A stretch of 64,000 bases of DNA from an uncultured Methylophilaceae bacterium. GTDB lineage: Bacteria > Pseudomonadota > Gammaproteobacteria > Burkholderiales > Methylophilaceae. The notes under the pieces were generated by a model. That model made no database searches and was not told the DNA's origin. It worked only from the letters and a program-made list of their open reading frames with translations. Shown piece by piece: positions 1 through 11,345 of the stretch. Position 1 is the first letter of the stretch. Each line of letters opens with the position of its first letter. The position numbers and the translations under genes are program-made. The stretch covers positions 3,282 through 67,281 of the forward strand of contig CAJQTF010000001.1 of NCBI GenBank assembly GCA_905618945.1. The letters are read 5' to 3'.

Positions 1-734
1 GCTAAACCAACACCAAAAGCACCACCAAATACAGATAAAAACGTTAAATCTAGCCCGATTGATGACAAAGCAACTACAACCGCAACTACATAAAGTGTTA
101 TTTTAAACACTTTATTTAGCATTACTCTTGCATTCATATCTAATTGGTCTACCTTCATCAATCTATTTTCAATAAATTGACCCAAGGTTACTGCAAAAAG
201 CACAGCCAAGGCAGATCCAAATAGAATTTGAAATACTAAAAATAATGAAAAATTATTATCTCCAAAGCTAAATTGCACTTGGTCAAGGGTTTCTCTGATT
301 GGCGAGAGAAGTCCAAATAAATATAATGCGACTATCACCCATACTAATGAAGCAATCGTATTCTCCAAAGCACGAATCCATGGTCTAGGTTTTGTAAGAT
401 ATCTAATAAAATAAACACCTAAACGAATTACAATAAGAGCATTTACAAGGCTAATAGCGATATGCAAAAATGGAGTTGTTTGGAAAGTATCTAAATATAT
501 CTTTGAGAAGAAAAGAACAATTAAAATAATAATAGGTGAAATTATTCTAACTAAACCATCAACTGCCATTTTCCAATTATTAACAGCTGAGCCAACAACA
601 TAATTTTTAATAATTTGATTGGAAAAAAAAGATAAAGCTAAAGCAACAAAAATCGCACATAGCTGCCATAAAGTAGGCATAGATAATAAAAATTCTAAAC
701 TAAAATTATTTTTAATAAATTCAAACTTATTCAT
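1..734 (-). CDS. MscS-family mechanosensitive channel, 5' part (runs off window start)
   Basis: Not in the ORF track. Manual translation from ATG at 734 (MNKFEFIKNN...) gives several TM segments and ends ...VVALSSIGLDLTFLSVFGGAFGVGL, the MscS TM3 motif. Confidence 0.85.
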   Translation of the reverse strand, partial: MNKFEFIKNNFSLEFLLSMPTLWQLCAIFVALALSFFSNQIIKNYVVGSAVNNWKMAVDGLVRIISPIIILIVLFFSKIYLDTFQTTPFLHIAISLVNALIVIRLGVYFIRYLTKPRPWIRALENTIASLVWVIVALYLFGLLSPIRETLDQVQFSFGDNNFSLFLVFQILFGSALAVLFAVTLGQFIENRLMKVDQLDMNARVMLNKVFKITLYVVAVVVALSSIGLDLTFLSVFGGAFGVGL

Positions 735-740
735 AATTTT

Positions 741-2174
741 CTATAATAAAACTACAGTAGCTAACCCTAAAAATATAAAGAAACCACCACTATCCGTCAT
801 TGCGGTTATCAGCACACTGGACCCTACTGCTGGATCTTTCCCTAAACGATTTAATACTAAAGGTATCATAACACCCATTATTGCTGATAAAATTAAATTC
901 AATATCATTGCAGCAGTCATTACGTATCCTAATTGTATATTGCCATAAAGTAAGTATGCAAAAACACCTAGGACACTCCCCCATAGAATTCCATTCACCA
1001 ATGCCACACCAATTTCTTTAAACATAAGTAAACGAAGGTTGCTAAATGTGACCTGACTTAAGGCGAGCGCTCTTACAATCATAGTTGTAGTCTGATTTCC
1101 AGAATTCCCTCCAATACCAGCAATTATTGGCATTAGGGCTGCAAGCGCAACAACTTTTTCAATTGAACCCTCAAAAATACCAATTACTCTTGATGCTATA
1201 AGAGCTGTAACTAAATTAATAGCTAACCATGCCCAACGATTTTGAACTGATTTCCATATTGTGGAAAACATATCTTCTTCTCTTAATCCCACCATTGATA
1301 ATTTTTCGGTTTCTGTCTCATCACGAATATAATCCATTACTGCATCAACAGTTAGTCTTCCAAGTAATTTACCTGCCTCATCAACAACTGGGGCAGTCAC
1401 AAGATCATAGCGCTCAAAAGCATTTGATGCCTCATGTGCAGTATCTGCTGGCTTAAAAAGAACTGTATCTGTTGCCATTACATCTTTTACTCTCACGTGA
1501 GAATCGTTCACCACAATTCTTTCCAGAGGAAGAACGCCAAGAATTGATCCAAAACGATTCACTACGAATAATTTATCAGTATGGTCGGGTAATTTTTTTA
1601 TTTTTCTAAGGTAATTAAGGACAACTTCAAGAGTAATATCATCACGAATTGTTGTAATATCAAAATCCATTAATGCTCCAACTGATTCATCTGGATGAGA
1701 TAACGCAGATTCTAATCTTTCTCGATTTTGAACATCTAAACTTTCAAGTAAATCATTTAAAACGTCGTCAGGAAGATCACTTGCTATATCTGCTATTTCA
1801 TCAGTATCTAACTGTTCTGCTGCGGCCAATAGTTCAGTATTATCCATATCAGCAATAAGTGTTTGCCTAACAACATCAGAAACCTCAACAAGAATATCGC
1901 CATCATTTTCTGATTTCACTAGCTCCCATATTGTTAATCTCCTTTCTAAAGGAAGAGCTTCAAGAATGTCAGCAACATCAGATGGATGAAGATTGTTTAA
2001 TAAATTTTGAAGTGATTTTAAGTTTTCTTTATTGGTTAAATTCTTAATTAACTTATGCTTTGCTGAATCTTCAACATCAACAATAATTTCTGGTGTATTT
2101 TGTTCACCAAGCAGAGCATCGATTTGCTCTAATACATCAGTTAAGAATTCTTTTTTTTCAGTATTTTTTTTCAT
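741..2174 (-). CDS. mgtE: Magnesium transporter MgtE
   Basis: N-domain LHPSDVADILE, CBS pair, TM motifs GIGGNSGNQ and DPAVGSSVLITAMTD. Confidence 0.96.
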   Translation of the reverse strand: MKKNTEKKEFLTDVLEQIDALLGEQNTPEIIVDVEDSAKHKLIKNLTNKENLKSLQNLLNNLHPSDVADILEALPLERRLTIWELVKSENDGDILVEVSDVVRQTLIADMDNTELLAAAEQLDTDEIADIASDLPDDVLNDLLESLDVQNRERLESALSHPDESVGALMDFDITTIRDDITLEVVLNYLRKIKKLPDHTDKLFVVNRFGSILGVLPLERIVVNDSHVRVKDVMATDTVLFKPADTAHEASNAFERYDLVTAPVVDEAGKLLGRLTVDAVMDYIRDETETEKLSMVGLREEDMFSTIWKSVQNRWAWLAINLVTALIASRVIGIFEGSIEKVVALAALMPIIAGIGGNSGNQTTTMIVRALALSQVTFSNLRLLMFKEIGVALVNGILWGSVLGVFAYLLYGNIQLGYVMTAAMILNLILSAIMGVMIPLVLNRLGKDPAVGSSVLITAMTDSGGFFIFLGLATVVLL

Positions 2175-2244
2175 AATCTTGTTTGGTTAATTTTTAACAT
2201 TTTGGCATCTATTATATGTATATTTTATAAACATTAATCTAAAA

Positions 2245-2279
2245 TAATAAAAAAGCCAGCAAAGCTGGCTTTTTTATTA
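2245..2279. terminator. Bidirectional intrinsic terminator after rplQ (end of alpha operon)
   Basis: taataaaaaagccagc-aaa-gctggcttttttatta perfect inverted repeat with A/T tracts on both sides. Confidence 0.9.
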
Positions 2280-2299
2280 AATTTAATTTTATGATTAAA

Positions 2300-2791
2300 T
2301 TAAACTTTTTTTTCAGCTTTCTTAGCTTCCTTTTTCTTAGTCGGTTTATCTTTTTTTTCCTCAGCAGTTACCGGCTTAATTTCTTTAGCTTTTGATGTTT
2401 TTGCTTCCTCAACCAACTCTGCCTTATCTTCTATTACGCGATCTACAAGCTCAATATAAGCCATTGGTGCATTATCGCCTTTACGGAAACCACACTTCAA
2501 TATTCTTGTATACCCGCCATTTCTTTTGCTGTATCTAGGGCCAATTTCACCGAACAATTTCACAACAATCTCTCTATCTCTTAACCGGCTAAATGCAAGA
2601 CGTTGATTATGCACACTTGAATCTCTTGCAAGAGTAATCAATGGTTCAGCAATTTTTCTCAATTCCTTTGCTTTTGGCAATGTAGTTCTAATAATTTCAT
2701 GCTTAAGCAATGAAGTCGCCATATTTTTAAACATTGCTTTTCTATGGCTACTTGTTCTATTAAGCTTTCTGTGATGTTTTCCGTGTCGCAT
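2300..2791 (-). CDS. rplQ: 50S ribosomal protein L17 with Lys/Glu-rich C-terminal extension
   Basis: [20 protein letters not shown]...GGYTRILK...[12 protein letters not shown]. Confidence 0.98.
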   Translation of the reverse strand: MRHGKHHRKLNRTSSHRKAMFKNMATSLLKHEIIRTTLPKAKELRKIAEPLITLARDSSVHNQRLAFSRLRDREIVVKLFGEIGPRYSKRNGGYTRILKCGFRKGDNAPMAYIELVDRVIEDKAELVEEAKTSKAKEIKPVTAEEKKDKPTKKKEAKKAEKKV

Positions 2792-2815
2792 TTTATTACT
2801 CCATATTCTTTCTAG

Positions 2816-3805
2816 TTATACTGTTTTTTCTGCATCGGCTTCTGGCCAATTTTCAACAGGCATTCCTAATGACAGGCCTTTTGTGTTTAAAATATCTTTA
2901 ATCTCGTTTAATGATTTTCTTCCAAGATTAGGTGCTTTTAATAAATCGCTTTCATTTCTTTGAATAAGATCACCAATATAATGTATATTCTCTGCCTTTA
3001 AGCAATTAGCTGATCTTACAGTCAATTCAAGATCATCTACTGGCCTAAGAAGTATCGGATCTATTACTGGCGCTTGCTTAACTTCTACTTCAGTTAATTC
3101 ACTTTCCAAATTGGCAAATACAGACAATTGACCCATAAGAATTCTTGCTGCATCTCGAATTGCTTGCTCTGCGTCAACTACTCCATTTGTTTCTACGTCC
3201 ATTATTAATTTATCTAAATCCGTTCTTTGTTCAACACGGGCACTTTCAACTACATAACTAACCTTAGTAATGGGGCTAAAAGATGCATCGATCATAATAA
3301 AACCAAGCACATTATCACTTTCTGATCCTTTTGTCCTAACAGGTACAGGCTGATATCCTCTACCCATTTCTACTTTAGCTTCAATATTTAATTTTCCACC
3401 TTTATTCAAATGAGCAATTACATGATCTGGGTTTACAATCTCAACATCATGGCCAACCTCAAAATCTCCAGCAGTAACAGGGCCTTCTTCACTCTTATTT
3501 AACGTTATTGTAGCTTCAGTAGTATCATGCATTTTTAATGCTATCTTTTTGATATTAAGAAGGACATCTACAACATCTTCTTGAACACCATCTAGTGTTG
3601 AGTATTCATGAACAACCCCATCTATTTTAACTTGAGTAATTGCGAATCCTGGAATTGATGAAAGCAAAACTCTTCTAATAGAATTTCCTAATGTAAACCC
3701 AAATCCTCTCTCCATCGGTTCAAGAACAACCTTTGCTCTTTGCGGGCTAACTATATCTACATCAACAATTCTAGGTTTTAAATATTCTGTTGGGTTCATT
3801 TCCAT
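2816..3805 (-). CDS. rpoA: RNA polymerase alpha subunit
   Basis: [26 protein letters not shown]; [15 protein letters not shown]. Confidence 0.99.
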   Translation of the reverse strand: MEMNPTEYLKPRIVDVDIVSPQRAKVVLEPMERGFGFTLGNSIRRVLLSSIPGFAITQVKIDGVVHEYSTLDGVQEDVVDVLLNIKKIALKMHDTTEATITLNKSEEGPVTAGDFEVGHDVEIVNPDHVIAHLNKGGKLNIEAKVEMGRGYQPVPVRTKGSESDNVLGFIMIDASFSPITKVSYVVESARVEQRTDLDKLIMDVETNGVVDAEQAIRDAARILMGQLSVFANLESELTEVEVKQAPVIDPILLRPVDDLELTVRSANCLKAENIHYIGDLIQRNESDLLKAPNLGRKSLNEIKDILNTKGLSLGMPVENWPEADAEKTV

Positions 3806-3839
3806 GAGTGGTGTCCTTTTTTGTTTTGTACTTAACTAA

Positions 3840-4469
3840 TTATTTAGAATAAAGCTCAACAACTAATGATTCGTTAATTGTTGCGGGTAGATCATCACGT
3901 TCAGGTTTATTTTTAAAAATTCCTTTAAAAGCTTTTATATCCACTTCTAACCATTCTGGAAAACCTCTTTCTTCAGCAGCTTCAAGTGCAGCTTTAATTC
4001 TTAATTGGTCTTTTGAGTGGCCATCAACAGAAACCTCATCTCCAGGTTTAACTTGGTAGGATGGTATATTAACTCGCTTACCATTCACAAGAATGCTATT
4101 GTGCTTTACAATTTGACGAGCCTCAGTTCTTGATGCCCCCATTCCCATTTTATAAGTTATATTGTCTAATCTACACTCAAGCAATTGAAGAAGGTTCTCA
4201 CCGGTTATGCCTTTTCTTCTATCTGCTTCAGCATAATATCCGCGGAACTGCTTTTCTAATATTCCATATATTCTTCTTAATTTTTGTTTTTCTCTTAGCT
4301 GAACACCATAATCAGATAGGCGAGATGCCCTTCTTTGACCGTGTTGTCCAGGTGGGTAATTTCTTTTATCTATTGCGCATTTGTCAGTGAAACATTTTTC
4401 ACCCTTAAGAAAAAGTTTTTCACCTTCTCTTCGACATTGACGACATTTTGGGTCAAGATTTCTAGCCAA
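3840..4469 (-). CDS. rpsD: 30S ribosomal protein S4 (four-Cys form, TTG start)
   Basis: [27 protein letters not shown]; position in alpha operon. Confidence 0.98.
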   Translation of the reverse strand: MARNLDPKCRQCRREGEKLFLKGEKCFTDKCAIDKRNYPPGQHGQRRASRLSDYGVQLREKQKLRRIYGILEKQFRGYYAEADRRKGITGENLLQLLECRLDNITYKMGMGASRTEARQIVKHNSILVNGKRVNIPSYQVKPGDEVSVDGHSKDQLRIKAALEAAEERGFPEWLEVDIKAFKGIFKNKPERDDLPATINESLVVELYSK

Positions 4470-4506
4470 TTCTATTCTCCTATTAGTTTTTTCTGACTAA
4501 ACAAAA

Positions 4507-4896
4507 TTAAATTCTTCTCTTCTTTGGTGGTCTGCATCCGTTATGAGGTACCGGTGTAACATCTTGGATACTAGTAATTTTTAAACCTACTGCATTTAGA
4601 GCTCTTACAGAAGATTCTCTACCAGGGCCTGGTCCTTTAATTCTAACTTCAATATTTTTTACACCAAATTCTTGCGCCGCTTTACCAGCTGCCTCTGCTG
4701 CGACCTGAGCGGCAAAAGGTGTACTTTTTCTTGACCCCTTAAATCCGGCTCCGCCAGAAGTTGCCCATGATAGCGCATTTCCTTGACGATCGGTAATAGT
4801 AATAATAGTGTTATTAAATGAAGCATGGACATGTGCTATGCCCTCTACAACATTCTTTTTAACTTTCTTTTTTACTCTAATATTGTCTTTTGCCAT
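4507..4896 (-). CDS. rpsK: 30S ribosomal protein S11
   Basis: [34 protein letters not shown]. Confidence 0.99.
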   Translation of the reverse strand: MAKDNIRVKKKVKKNVVEGIAHVHASFNNTIITITDRQGNALSWATSGGAGFKGSRKSTPFAAQVAAEAAGKAAQEFGVKNIEVRIKGPGPGRESSVRALNAVGLKITSIQDVTPVPHNGCRPPKKRRI

Positions 4897-4913
4897 TCTA
4901 TTTTTACCCTTTA

Positions 4914-5270
4914 TTATTTCCTAATTGCTCGGATAGGACCTTTTCTTGTTCTTGCATTATTTTTTGTATTTTGCCCTCTAACCGGCAAACCTCTACGATG
5001 CCTTACACCCCTATAACAACCAAGATCCATTAAGCGCTTAATGTTCATTGAAACTTCTCGTCGAAGGTCACCCTCAACAGTAAAATTATCTAATTGGCTC
5101 CTAAGCTTTTCAACATCAGACTCATTTAAATCCTTAAGTTTTGTTGTTGCTTCGATTCCAGCAGCAACACATATTTTTTTCGATGTTTCTCTACCAACAC
5201 CATAGATAGACGTTAACGCTATCACGGTATGCTTATTATCTGGTACATTTACTCCTGCAATACGGGCCAT
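4914..5270 (-). CDS. rpsM: 30S ribosomal protein S13
   Basis: MARIAGVN...[17 protein letters not shown]; start moved to ATG 5270 (GGAG 8 nt upstream). Confidence 0.98.
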   Translation of the reverse strand: MARIAGVNVPDNKHTVIALTSIYGVGRETSKKICVAAGIEATTKLKDLNESDVEKLRSQLDNFTVEGDLRREVSMNIKRLMDLGCYRGVRHRRGLPVRGQNTKNNARTRKGPIRAIRK

Positions 5271-5315
5271 ACACATTACTCCAATAAAAATGGCATTATT
5301 TCAATAAAGCCTTAA

Positions 5316-5344
5316 ATTATAACTATTTTTTACGCTCTTAACAA
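5316..5344 (-). promoter_or_regulatory. Putative sigma70 promoter of alpha operon (rpsM)
   Basis: TTGTTA-17 bp-TATAAT on minus strand between rpmJ and rpsM. Confidence 0.65.
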
Positions 5345-5350
5345 TGTAAA

Positions 5351-5473
5351 TTAATGACAAGCGCCTTGTCTTTGCTTATGACGTGGATCTTTGCAAATAA
5401 CTCTAACCACGCCTTTTCTTCGAATTACTTTGCAATTTCTACACAATGCTTTTACTGATGCTCTAACTCTCAT
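5351..5473 (-). CDS. rpmJ: 50S ribosomal protein L36 (40 aa)
   Basis: Too short for the ORF track. Manual translation [40 protein letters not shown]. Confidence 0.97.
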   Translation of the reverse strand: MRVRASVKALCRNCKVIRRKGVVRVICKDPRHKQRQGACH

Positions 5474-5502
5474 GATATTTCCTTAATTTCATATAGATAA
5501 GT

Positions 5503-5721
5503 TTATTTCTCTCTAAATGTTATTCTTCCTTTTGATAAGTCGTAAGGTGAAATTTCAACAGTTACTTTATCTCCAGGCAGGATTCTAATATAATTCATTC
5601 TCATCTTCCCTGAAATATAACCTAACACCTCATGTCCATTTTCTAATTTTACTTTAAAAGTTGCATTTGGAAGATTTTCTAAAACCTCTCCTTCCATTTC
5701 AAGTACATCTTCTTTTCCCAT
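5503..5721 (-). CDS. infA: Translation initiation factor IF-1
   Basis: [14 protein letters not shown]...[18 protein letters not shown]. Confidence 0.99.
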   Translation of the reverse strand: MGKEDVLEMEGEVLENLPNATFKVKLENGHEVLGYISGKMRMNYIRILPGDKVTVEISPYDLSKGRITFREK

Positions 5722-5724
5722 AAT

Positions 5725-7050
5725 CTACAGTCCCCCTCTTCCAGATTCTGACTTAAAGTTTGCCTTTTTTAGCAAGCCATCATACTGATAAGACATCATT
5801 CTAGACTGCACTTGCGTCATGAAATCCATCGTCACAATTACAATAATGAGAAGAGAAGTTCCACCAAAATAGAATGGTGTATTAAATTTAAGAATAAGAA
5901 ACTCAGGAACTAAACATACTCCAGCAATATATATTGCGCCTACAAGTGTTAGTCGCCCCACAATTGTATCTATATAACGTGCTGTTTGTTCTCCTGGCCT
6001 TATTCCTGGGACAAAGGCACCACTTTTCTTTAAGTTATCTGCTGTTTCAGTCGGGTTAAATGTAATCGCGGTATAAAAATATGCAAAAAAGATAATTGCT
6101 GTTGCAAATAATAATATATAGATAGGTTGTCCTGGTGAAATTGCTGCACTTAGGTCTTTCAACCAATACATACTTTGATTTGAACCAAACCACCCAGCTA
6201 TTGTTGCAGGAAAAAGAATGACACTAGAAGCAAAAATTGCAGGAATCACCCCTGCCTGATTTATTTTAAGTGGCAAATGCGAAGACTGGCCCCCAAACAT
6301 TTTATTTCCTACTTGTCTCTTGGCATAATTGATTGTAATTCTTCTCTGCCCTCTTTCTACATAAACAACTAATGCTGTCACAAGAACAACAGCTACTATA
6401 AGGAAGAATACTAAGGGGATAGAAAAGGCCCCCGTTCTTGTTAATTCAAGTGTGCTACCCAAAGCACTTGGCAATCCTGCAACAATGCCTGCCATAATAA
6501 TCATAGAAATACCATTTCCAATGCCACGCTCAGTTATTTGCTCCCCTAACCAAACTAAAAACATTGTGCCACTAACTAATGTAACAATAGCTGTCAATCT
6601 AAATAGTAACCCGGGGTCTAATACAAGGCCCGGTTGAGCCTCTAATGCAACACTTATTCCTAAAGCTTGAAAAGCTGCTAATACGACTGTGGCCTGTCTT
6701 GTATATGATGTTATAACTCTTTGACCTGCCTGGCCTTCTTTTTTAAGATCTTTTAATCTTGTGTTCATTGAGGTTAAAAGCGTCATAATAATTGACGCTG
6801 AAATATAAGGCATTATTCCAAGAGCAAACACAGTAAATCGGCTTAGAGCACCCCCTGAAAACATATTAAACATTCCAAGAATTCCACCACTTTGTGAATC
6901 GAAAAGCTTTCTTAATTCTATTGGATCAATTCCAGGAACAGGAATATGAGCACCCAAACGAAAAATAATTAATGCGCCAAGAAGAAAAAGTAAGCGACTT
7001 TTTAACTCACTCATTTGACCCAATCCACCAAGAGAATTATTCTGAGCCAA
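5725..7050 (-). CDS. secY: Preprotein translocase SecY (TTG start)
   Basis: [38 protein letters not shown]. Confidence 0.99.
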   Translation of the reverse strand: MAQNNSLGGLGQMSELKSRLLFLLGALIIFRLGAHIPVPGIDPIELRKLFDSQSGGILGMFNMFSGGALSRFTVFALGIMPYISASIIMTLLTSMNTRLKDLKKEGQAGQRVITSYTRQATVVLAAFQALGISVALEAQPGLVLDPGLLFRLTAIVTLVSGTMFLVWLGEQITERGIGNGISMIIMAGIVAGLPSALGSTLELTRTGAFSIPLVFFLIVAVVLVTALVVYVERGQRRITINYAKRQVGNKMFGGQSSHLPLKINQAGVIPAIFASSVILFPATIAGWFGSNQSMYWLKDLSAAISPGQPIYILLFATAIIFFAYFYTAITFNPTETADNLKKSGAFVPGIRPGEQTARYIDTIVGRLTLVGAIYIAGVCLVPEFLILKFNTPFYFGGTSLLIIVIVTMDFMTQVQSRMMSYQYDGLLKKANFKSESGRGGL

Positions 7051-7054
7051 AAAA

Positions 7055-7639
7055 TTAATCCTTTTTCACTTCTGGTTCAGCTGCTGCTTTTTTCACTTCT
7101 GGTTCAGCTGCTGCTTTTTTTGGTACTTTTTTTACTGCTGCTGCTTTTTTTGCTGCCGTTTTCGCTGCTGCTGCTTTTTTTGCTGCTTCAACAACAGTCT
7201 CCTTAACTTCCACAACCTTTCCACCTGCAGATTCAATAGCTTTCTTCGCGCCTTCAGTCATGGAGATGCCCTGAATAGTAAATTTCTTTTTTACTTCGCC
7301 AGATAAATAAATTTTAGCAGTAAGGGTTATTTCGGATATCAAATTCGCTGCTTTCAAGCTGGATATGTCAACAATATCTGAATCTAATTTACCTAATTCA
7401 CTAGTTCTTATTTTTGCATTATACTTTTTAGTTAAAGATCGAAATCCTCTTTTTGGTAATCTTCTTTGAATTGGCATTTGTCCACCTTCAAATCCTACCT
7501 TATGAAATCCGCCTGTTCTAGATTTTTGCCCTTTAATTCCTCTTCCAGCTGTTTTTCCAAAACCAGAACCGTTTCCTCGCCCTACTCGACGAGCCGCTTT
7601 TGTTGAACCAACTGCTGGTTTAATTGTATTTAATTTCAT
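7055..7639 (-). CDS. rplO: 50S ribosomal protein L15 with Ala/Lys-rich C-terminal tail
   Basis: [31 protein letters not shown]. Confidence 0.98.
   Translation of the reverse strand: MKLNTIKPAVGSTKAARRVGRGNGSGFGKTAGRGIKGQKSRTGGFHKVGFEGGQMPIQRRLPKRGFRSLTKKYNAKIRTSELGKLDSDIVDISSLKAANLISEITLTAKIYLSGEVKKKFTIQGISMTEGAKKAIESAGGKVVEVKETVVEAAKKAAAAKTAAKKAAAVKKVPKKAAAEPEVKKAAAEPEVKKD
7062..7115. repeat. 2 exact 27-bp tandem copies in rplO tail (KKAAAEPEV)
   Basis: tttttcacttctggttcagctgctgct x2, adjacent to further degenerate KKAAA units. Confidence 0.95.
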
Positions 7640-7643
7640 TTTA

Positions 7644-7826
7644 TTAACTCTCTACTTTAAGCATAAAATTTACTGCATTAATCATCCCACGTACTTCAGG
7701 GGTATCTTGGAGCTCAACTGTATGATGCATTTTCTTTAATCCTAATCCAACAACAGTACCCTTTTGAGATGCTGTTCTTCCAATTAGACTTTTAATTAAT
7801 GTAACTTTAATCATTTCTTTAGCCAT
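7644..7826 (-). CDS. rpmD: 50S ribosomal protein L30
   Basis: [11 protein letters not shown]...GLGL...DTPEVRGMI. Confidence 0.97.
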   Translation of the reverse strand: MAKEMIKVTLIKSLIGRTASQKGTVVGLGLKKMHHTVELQDTPEVRGMINAVNFMLKVES

Positions 7827-7830
7827 AAAA

Positions 7831-8346
7831 TTAACCTCTTATCTCTTCAACTGTTTTACCTCTTTTAGCCGCAATTGATGCAGGGCTGTTCGTCGAAGCT
7901 AGTCCATTAAGTGTTGCTCTAACAACATTGTATGCATTGGCTGAACCTATGCATTTTGCAGTTACGTCTGTTATTCCCATTACTTCAAATATAGCTCTCA
8001 TCGCGCCGCCAGCAATAATACCTGTTCCTTCAGAAGCAGGCTGAATTAATACTTTGGCTGCACCGTGTCTACCAATAACCGAATGATGCAAGGTTCCATT
8101 ATTAAGATCAACTTTTACCATGCCTCTTTTAGCTTCTTCCATTGCTTTTTGAACGGCTAAAGGAACTTCGCGTGCCTTCCCTTTACCCATACCAACAGCA
8201 CCATCACCATCACCTACTACTGCAAGCGCTGCAAAACTCATGATGCGGCCACCTTTAACAACTTTAGTCACTCTATTGACGTTAATCATTTTTTCTCTTA
8301 AGCCGTCAGTTTGGTTTTGATCTTGATTTCTATTATCTTGTGCCAT
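7831..8346 (-). CDS. rpsE: 30S ribosomal protein S5
   Basis: [20 protein letters not shown]. Confidence 0.99.
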   Translation of the reverse strand: MAQDNRNQDQNQTDGLREKMINVNRVTKVVKGGRIMSFAALAVVGDGDGAVGMGKGKAREVPLAVQKAMEEAKRGMVKVDLNNGTLHHSVIGRHGAAKVLIQPASEGTGIIAGGAMRAIFEVMGITDVTAKCIGSANAYNVVRATLNGLASTNSPASIAAKRGKTVEEIRG

Positions 8347-8363
8347 CTTGATTCCTAAATTTG

Positions 8364-8717
8364 TTAGAAAGTTAAGCCATTTTCTCTAGCAGCATCTGCT
8401 AAAGCTTTAATTCGGCCGTGATATTTAAATCCAGAGCGATCAAAAGCAACTACTTTAATTCCAGCTTTGACGGCCTTCTCGGCAATTCTTTTTCCAATTT
8501 CCACTGCTGCCTCTTTATTGCTAGTATTTTTTAATTTCTTTTTAACATCTGCCTCTAGTGTGGATGCAGCTGCAAGTACTTTATTATTTTTTCCATCTAT
8601 GATTTGAGCATATATATTCGTATTTGAACGATGAACCGTTAAACGAGTTATATTTAATTCGGCAATTTTAGCCCTTGTTTTTCGTGCTCTTCTTAGTCTT
8701 ATATTTTCATTATTCAT
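8364..8717 (-). CDS. rplR: 50S ribosomal protein L18
   Basis: RLTVHRSN...[24 protein letters not shown]. Confidence 0.98.
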   Translation of the reverse strand: MNNENIRLRRARKTRAKIAELNITRLTVHRSNTNIYAQIIDGKNNKVLAAASTLEADVKKKLKNTSNKEAAVEIGKRIAEKAVKAGIKVVAFDRSGFKYHGRIKALADAARENGLTF

Positions 8718-8727
8718 GATTCAACCT

Positions 8728-9261
8728 TTAAGTTTTTTTAGCTTCTTTAATTGCTACATACTCATCAGAATAACGAACACCTTTTCCTTTGTATGGCTCT
8801 GGTGGTCGGTAAGCTCTAATTTCTGCTGCAACTTGGCCTATCATTTGCTTGCTTGAGCTTTTCAGTATTATTTCTGTTGGGCTTGGTGTTTGAGCAGTAA
8901 CGCCTTCAGGTAATATATGATGTACAGGATGTGAAAAACCTAGCTCAAGGTTAACCTTATTACCCTGAACAGCTGCTTTATATCCAACACCTATTAATGT
9001 TAATTTTCTTTCAAAGCCTGCTGAGACACCAGTTACCATATTTTGCACGAGTGATCTAATTGTTCCTGACATTGCTTTTGAAAACTTTGTTGCTTTCTTA
9101 GCTTCAAAGGTAAGGGTAGTATCTTCTTTCTTAATTTCAACATCACCAATTAACTCTTGTCTTAACTCCCCTAATGGGCCTTTAACTGTAATAGCATCAA
9201 TAGCTATATTAACTTCTACTTTTTCTGGAATAATTACTGGGTTTTTTGCAATTCTTGACAT
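8728..9261 (-). CDS. rplF: 50S ribosomal protein L6
   Basis: [21 protein letters not shown]. Confidence 0.99.
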   Translation of the reverse strand: MSRIAKNPVIIPEKVEVNIAIDAITVKGPLGELRQELIGDVEIKKEDTTLTFEAKKATKFSKAMSGTIRSLVQNMVTGVSAGFERKLTLIGVGYKAAVQGNKVNLELGFSHPVHHILPEGVTAQTPSPTEIILKSSSKQMIGQVAAEIRAYRPPEPYKGKGVRYSDEYVAIKEAKKT

Positions 9262-9270
9262 GACTTTCTC

Positions 9271-9666
9271 CTATGATACGTAGCAAAGAACTTCGCCACC
9301 GATACCAGCAGCTCTTGCCTTAATATCAGTCATAACACCCTTGGAAGTTGTAACAATTGCAACTCCAAGCCCATTCATTACCCGAGGAAGGCTTTCGCTT
9401 CCTTTATATATTCTTAAACTAGGCTTACTAATTCTTTCAATTTTTTCAATAACAGGTTGTCCTGCATAATATTTTAAATCTATATTAAGTAATGGTTTCC
9501 CGTCATTTGCACTAACGCCGAAACTTTCAATATAACCTTCGTCTTTTAGAACATTAGCAATTGATTGCTTAATTTTAGATGCTGGCATTGATACGGAAAC
9601 CTTATTTCTCATTTGACCATTTCTAATTCTGGTTATCATATCTGCGATTGGGTCTTGCATGCTCAT
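9271..9666 (-). CDS. rpsH: 30S ribosomal protein S8
   Basis: [16 protein letters not shown]...TSKGVMTD...GGEVLCYV; start corrected to 9666 because the ORF-track start overlaps rpsN. Confidence 0.98.
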   Translation of the reverse strand: MSMQDPIADMITRIRNGQMRNKVSVSMPASKIKQSIANVLKDEGYIESFGVSANDGKPLLNIDLKYYAGQPVIEKIERISKPSLRIYKGSESLPRVMNGLGVAIVTTSKGVMTDIKARAAGIGGEVLCYVS

Positions 9667-9679
9667 ATTTTTTTCCCCT

Positions 9680-9985
9680 TTACCAGCTTGCTTTTGTAAT
9701 ACCAGGGACTTCACCGGTAAGCATAAGCTCACGTAATTTTCCTCTGGCAATACCAAATTTACTATAAACGCCTCTTGGGCGACCCGTTAAAGCACATCTA
9801 TTTCTTAATCTTACCGGGCTTGAATTACGCGGTAGGCTCTGAAGTTCGGCTCTCGCTTCTGCTCGGTCTTCTGAAGAAGCACCAAAATTATTTATGGTCT
9901 CATTTAAGGCCAAACGCTTAGCTTTAAACTTTTCAACCATTTTCCTTCTTTTTTCTTCACGTTTGATCATACATAATTTAGACAT
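9680..9985 (-). CDS. rpsN: 30S ribosomal protein S14 (long, non-zinc form)
   Basis: [22 protein letters not shown]...PGITKASW, 101 aa. Confidence 0.98.
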   Translation of the reverse strand: MSKLCMIKREEKRRKMVEKFKAKRLALNETINNFGASSEDRAEARAELQSLPRNSSPVRLRNRCALTGRPRGVYSKFGIARGKLRELMLTGEVPGITKASW

Positions 9986-9986
9986 A

Positions 9987-10631
9987 TTATTTATCTCCCT
10001 GCTGGTTTTCTACTACTGGAGCTTCCTCAGCTGGCTGAACTTCCTCAGCTGGCTTTACTTCCTCAGCTGGCTTTACTTCCTCAGCTGGTTTGGCTTTGTT
10101 AAATGGAAAACTAAAGGCTGACAAAAGTGCACTCGCTTCATCATCAGTTTTAGCGGTAGTTGTAATTGTGATATTCATACCTCTTAATTTATCTATCTTG
10201 TCATATTGAATTTCTGGAAAAATTATTTGTTCCTTAATTCCAAAATTATAATTTCCTCTACCGTCAAATGATTTTAATGACAATCCTCGGAAATCTCTTT
10301 CTCTAGGGATAGCAATATTAATTAACCTATCTAGAAATGTGTACATACTAGACTTTCTTAAAGTTACTTTACAACCAACAGGGTAATCATCTCTAACCTT
10401 AAAATTTGCTATTGATTTTTTTGCTAAAGTAACAATTGGTTTCTGACCGGCTATTTTTTCCATGTCAGCGACAGCACTATCCATCACTTTTTTGTCAGCT
10501 ACAGCTTCACCAACACCCATATTTAATGTGATCTTAGTAACTCTTGGAACTTCCATTACTGAAGAATATTTAAACTGTTTTGTGAGTTCTTTTACAACAG
10601 TGTCAAAATAAAATTGTTTTAGTCTCGCCAT
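9987..10631 (-). CDS. rplE: 50S ribosomal protein L5 with acidic repeat tail
   Basis: [29 protein letters not shown]. Confidence 0.98.
   Translation of the reverse strand: MARLKQFYFDTVVKELTKQFKYSSVMEVPRVTKITLNMGVGEAVADKKVMDSAVADMEKIAGQKPIVTLAKKSIANFKVRDDYPVGCKVTLRKSSMYTFLDRLINIAIPRERDFRGLSLKSFDGRGNYNFGIKEQIIFPEIQYDKIDKLRGMNITITTTAKTDDEASALLSAFSFPFNKAKPAEEVKPAEEVKPAEEVQPAEEAPVVENQQGDK
10022..10093. repeat. 4 tandem 18-bp units in rplE tail ((K/Q)PAEEV)
   Basis: cttcctcagctggcttta, two exact and two variant copies. Confidence 0.95.
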
Positions 10632-10639
10632 ATTTTTTC

Positions 10640-10957
10640 CTAAACGTCGATTGCTTCTTGATTAGATTTAAAGATTCTAATTTTTTTTCCATCTTTTAAT
10701 GTTTTAAATGTAACTTTGTCAGCCTTTGAGGTTGTATTATTAAAAATAGCAATGTTAGAAACATCCAAAGGCATTTCTTTACTTATAATTCCGCCTTGTT
10801 CACCTTTTCCAGGGTTTGGCTTTACATTTTTTTTGGCCATATTAAGACCTTCAATAACTACTCGCTTGTCATTAATAAACTCAGATAAAATACCTTGTTT
10901 ACCTTTATCTTTTCCAGTGTGGATAATTACTTTGTCGCCTTTGCGAATCTTATTCAC
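10640..10957 (-). CDS. rplX: 50S ribosomal protein L24 (GTG start)
   Basis: KIRKGDKV...[11 protein letters not shown] motif. Confidence 0.98.
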   Translation of the reverse strand: MNKIRKGDKVIIHTGKDKGKQGILSEFINDKRVVIEGLNMAKKNVKPNPGKGEQGGIISKEMPLDVSNIAIFNNTTSKADKVTFKTLKDGKKIRIFKSNQEAIDV

Positions 10958-10968
10958 TTTTAATACTC

Positions 10969-11337
10969 CTAAATAACTTCTGATGCTAAAGATACAATTT
11001 TCATAAACTTCTCTGTTCTTAACTCACGGGTAACAGGTCCAAATATTCTAGTACCGATTGGTTCAAGCTTTGCATTTAAAAGAACAGCGGCATTACTATC
11101 AAACTTAACTAATGATCCATCTGAACGACGTACACCTTTTGCAGTTCTAACAACAACAGCATCGTATACTTCACCTTTCTTGACTCGGCCTCTTGGTGCT
11201 GCGTCTTTTATACTGACTTTAATAATATCGCCAATAGATGCATAACGTCTTCTTGAGCCACCGAGCACTTTGATGCACATAACTGAACGTGCACCAGTAT
11301 TGTCGGCAACTTCTAATCTTGACTGCATTTGTATCAT
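10969..11337 (-). CDS. rplN: 50S ribosomal protein L14
   Basis: [29 protein letters not shown]. Confidence 0.99.
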   Translation of the reverse strand: MIQMQSRLEVADNTGARSVMCIKVLGGSRRRYASIGDIIKVSIKDAAPRGRVKKGEVYDAVVVRTAKGVRRSDGSLVKFDSNAAVLLNAKLEPIGTRIFGPVTRELRTEKFMKIVSLASEVI

Positions 11338-11345
11338 AAAATAAT

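Noticed and set aside
7015-7206. Plus-strand Leu-rich 63-aa ORF resembling a membrane peptide
   Set aside because: It is the antisense reading of the L15 KKAAA repeat tail, and its hydrophobicity is a by-product of that repeat.
9667-9756. 30-aa N-terminal extension of S8
   Set aside because: It overlaps the rpsN coding region, and the conserved MSMQDP start at 9666 has its own SD.
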